DNA of 64,000 bases, from the NCBI GenBank assembly GCA_963716255.1, contig OY970303.1, positions 7,552,001 to 7,616,000 on the forward strand. Reading direction: 5' to 3'. Position 1 is the first letter of the stretch. Each line of letters opens with the position of its first letter. The notes beneath the pieces were generated by a model that was not told the origin of the DNA, did no database searches, and was given only the letters and a program-made list of their open reading frames with translations. Made by a program: the position numbers and the translations under genes. The DNA is from an uncultured Gemmatimonadales bacterium. Lineage in GTDB: Bacteria; Gemmatimonadota; Gemmatimonadetes; Longimicrobiales; Longimicrobiaceae. Below, piece after piece: positions 61,475-64,000 of this stretch.

Positions 61475-63298
61475 ATGCCGATCCGCAACATCGCAATCAT
61501 CGCACACGTCGACCACGGGAAGACCACCCTGGTGGACCACATGCTCCGCCAGGCCGGGACCTTCCGCGAGAACCAGCACGTGCAGGAGCGCGTGATGGAC
61601 TCCAACCCGCTGGAGCGCGAGCGGGGGATCACCATCCTCGCGAAGAACCTGTCCGTCCGCTGGGCCGACACCAAGATCAACATCGTCGACACCCCGGGCC
61701 ACTCCGACTTCGGCGGCGAAGTGGAGCGCATCCTCCGCATGGTCGACGGCGTCGTCCTGCTGGTGGACGCGGCCGAGGGGCCCATGCCGCAGACCCGCTT
61801 CGTCACGCGCAAGGCGCTGGAGCTGGGGCTGCAGCCCATCGTGGTCATCAACAAGATCGACCGCGGCGACGCCGACCCCGCCCGCGTGCACGACGAGGTG
61901 CTGGAGCTGTTCATGGAGCTGGAGGCCGCCGACTACCAGCTGGACTGCCCCTTCCTGTACGCGGTGGGCCGCGAGGGCGTCGCCATGCGCCATGCCCGCG
62001 ACCCGCGCAAGGACCTGAAGCCGCTCTTCGACACCATCGTGGAAACGATCCCGCCGCCCAGCAGCGACGCGGAGGGCCCGTTCCAGATGCTGGTGTCCAC
62101 CATCGACTACTCGCCGTACCTGGGCCGCCTGGCCATCGGGCGCATCGAGCGCGGCGTGGCCCGCGTGGGCGAGGGCGTCGTGGTGCTGGAGCACGGCGCG
62201 GAAGAGGGCGCCAGCCACGAGCGGGCGCGCATCAGCAAGCTCTTCTCCTTCGAGGGGCTGGAGCGGGTGGAGGCCGAGTCGGCCGGCGCCGGCGACATCG
62301 TGGCCATCGCCGGGATCCCCAACGTGGACATCGGCGCCACCGTCTGCGACCCGGACCACCCGGAGGCGATGGAGGGGATCGCGGTGGAGGAGCCCACCGT
62401 GTCCGTGGACATGATGGTGAACATGTCGCCCTTCGCCGGGCGGGAAGGGAAGTACGTCACCTCGCGCCAGCTCCGCGACCGCCTCTACAAGGAGCTGGAG
62501 CGCAACGTGGCGCTCCGCGTGGAGGATACCGAGTCCGCCGACACCTTCACCGTGTCCGGCCGCGGCGAGCTGCACCTGGGGATCCTGATGGAGACCATGC
62601 GGCGGGAGGGATACGAGTTCGCGGTGTCGCGGCCGCGCGTCATCCTCAAGAAGGGTCCCGGCGGCGAGATGACGGAGCCCTACGAGGAGGTCACCATCGA
62701 CGTCCCCGAGAACCTCATGGGGCCGGTGATCGAGAAGCTGGGGCAGCGCCGCGCCGAGATGCTGGAGATGAAGAACCCGGGCGGCGGGCTGGTGCGCCTG
62801 GTCTACAAGGTCCCCGCGCGCGGCCTGTTCGGCTACCGCTCGGACTTCCTCACCGACACCCGCGGCGAGGGGATCCTGCACCACCGCTTCATGGAGTACG
62901 GCCCCTACGTGGGCCCCATGAGCACCCGCAACCGCGGCGTCCTGGTGAGCATGGTCGACGGCGAGAGCATCGCCTTCGCGCTGGGGAACCTGCAGGAGCG
63001 CTCCACCTTCTTCATCGCGCCGGGCGTGGCGGTGTACGAGGGGATGATCGTGGGCGAGAACTCGCGCCCCGGCGACATGGAGGTGAACGTCGCCAAGGGC
63101 AAGAAGCTCACGAACATGCGCGCCTCGGGGAGCGACGACAACATCCTCCTGGAGCCGCCGCGCCAGATGACGCTGGAGGACGCCATGGGGTACATCGCCG
63201 ACGACGAGCTCATCGAGGTGACGCCCAAGTCGCTCCGGCTGCGCAAGCGGCTGCTGAACGCCAGCGACCGCAAGAAGGCCTCGCGCGCGGCCTCCTGA
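61475..63298 (+). CDS. typA: Translational GTPase TypA/BipA
   Basis: [45 protein letters not shown] and KLTNMRA. Confidence 0.98.
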   Translation: MPIRNIAIIAHVDHGKTTLVDHMLRQAGTFRENQHVQERVMDSNPLERERGITILAKNLSVRWADTKINIVDTPGHSDFGGEVERILRMVDGVVLLVDAAEGPMPQTRFVTRKALELGLQPIVVINKIDRGDADPARVHDEVLELFMELEAADYQLDCPFLYAVGREGVAMRHARDPRKDLKPLFDTIVETIPPPSSDAEGPFQMLVSTIDYSPYLGRLAIGRIERGVARVGEGVVVLEHGAEEGASHERARISKLFSFEGLERVEAESAGAGDIVAIAGIPNVDIGATVCDPDHPEAMEGIAVEEPTVSVDMMVNMSPFAGREGKYVTSRQLRDRLYKELERNVALRVEDTESADTFTVSGRGELHLGILMETMRREGYEFAVSRPRVILKKGPGGEMTEPYEEVTIDVPENLMGPVIEKLGQRRAEMLEMKNPGGGLVRLVYKVPARGLFGYRSDFLTDTRGEGILHHRFMEYGPYVGPMSTRNRGVLVSMVDGESIAFALGNLQERSTFFIAPGVAVYEGMIVGENSRPGDMEVNVAKGKKLTNMRASGSDDNILLEPPRQMTLEDAMGYIADDELIEVTPKSLRLRKRLLNASDRKKASRAAS

Positions 63299-63329
63299 TC
63301 CGGGCGCGGACCGCACGGCAGCACGATTC

Positions 63330-63386
63330 GAGCCCCGGGGAGCCACGCTCTCCGGGGCTTGACACTTGGGGCGAGCGTTATACTAT
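63330..63386 (+). promoter_or_regulatory. typA terminator-like hairpin overlapping a sigma70-like promoter
   Basis: gagccccgggga...tctccggggctt, then TTGACA(63359)-16 nt-TACTAT. Confidence 0.6.
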
Positions 63387-63477
63387 TGCCGCGAGTTGGC
63401 CCCGTGGTCGGCATCTTCCTTGCCGTCCGAAAACCCCCGCGGAGCGCCTTTCTCCCCACCTGACAGGAGACTTCGGA

Positions 63478-63714
63478 ATGACGGACCTGATCGTGCGGCC
63501 GGTGAGCGACGTAGCGGTCGAGCTTGAGGAACTGCTGGTCGCCCGGTTCGAGGAGGAAGACGAGGACGCAGTGGAGGGAGATGGGGAGGAGGACTGGGAC
63601 GAGGACGGCGATTGGGACGACGACGACGACTGGGATGACGAGGACGACGACTGGGACGACGAGGACGAGGAGTGGGGCGAGGACGAGGAGTGGGAGGAAG
63701 GCGACGACGCCTGA
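63478..63714 (+). CDS. Small, extremely acidic protein with periodic Trp
   Basis: aggaga RBS; D/E-rich tail EEDWDEDGDWDDDDDWDDEDDDWDDEDEEWGEDEEW. Confidence 0.65.
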   Translation: MTDLIVRPVSDVAVELEELLVARFEEEDEDAVEGDGEEDWDEDGDWDDDDDWDDEDDDWDDEDEEWGEDEEWEEGDDA

Positions 63715-63724
63715 GCGCGTCCCC

Positions 63725-63887
63725 TTGACGGGGCGCGGAGGGGCCTCTAAATTCTCCCCTCCTTGCCCCGGACGCGGTGGGATTGCTCTCCGAAGCGGCC
63801 GGGAAGGGGTTGACGGACGGACCCGAGAGGGTTAAGTTTTTGGTCTGTCTTCGGTGGGCATCGCCCACCGTATGGTTGTTTGAAAAT
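63725..63887 (+). promoter_or_regulatory. Tandem promoters with boxB/boxA-like elements, probable rRNA operon leader
   Basis: TTGACG-17-TAAATT (63725), TTGACG-17-TAAGTT (63810), hairpin cggtgggc-atc-gcccaccg, then tggttgtttgaaaat. Confidence 0.65.
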
Positions 63888-64000
63888 CGAGGTTTGGATG
63901 TCTGTGTGGGCCTCGCTCGGGAGCACACCTTCTCCCGGGCTGGTGCAGCGCGCTTCGGCGCGTGAGCACGAGAGGTCGTCAAAGGCGAAAATTCCGAACG

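Overview
Very GC-rich bacterial chromosomal window. Gene order and protein style suggest Gemmatimonadota, possibly Longimicrobium-like; this is inference. Most of it is housekeeping and transport genes: three APC permeases, membrane and soluble pyrophosphatases, a two-domain multicopper oxidase, thiM, an OmpR-type two-component system divergent from HtrA, and nfo. It also holds a Zn-type uptake operon with MerC-like and Fur-family neighbours, a probable 6S RNA ahead of a pterin operon, yebC-ruvCAB-queA, tgt-yajC-def-fmt-thiESG-rsmB-PASTA-TlpA-YbbR-tsaD, one IS5-family element, a Phd/ParE toxin-antitoxin pair, an arginine/polyamine cluster, typA and an apparent rRNA-operon promoter at the right edge. 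Two things stand out. (1) Many intergenic gaps carry modular, highly structured dispersed repeats (families A-E). Family A has 10 full copies of a 135-155 nt multi-branch fold whose stems change sequence while keeping base-pairing. One of its hairpin modules is reused in tandem in family C, and the modules occur in an ordered D-B-A arrangement. (2) A His-rich leader ORF ending in RARAPP sits directly upstream of the outer-membrane barrel plus ZnuABC-like operon and is a candidate metal-sensing ribosome-arrest peptide. All calls are by eye; no database searches were run.
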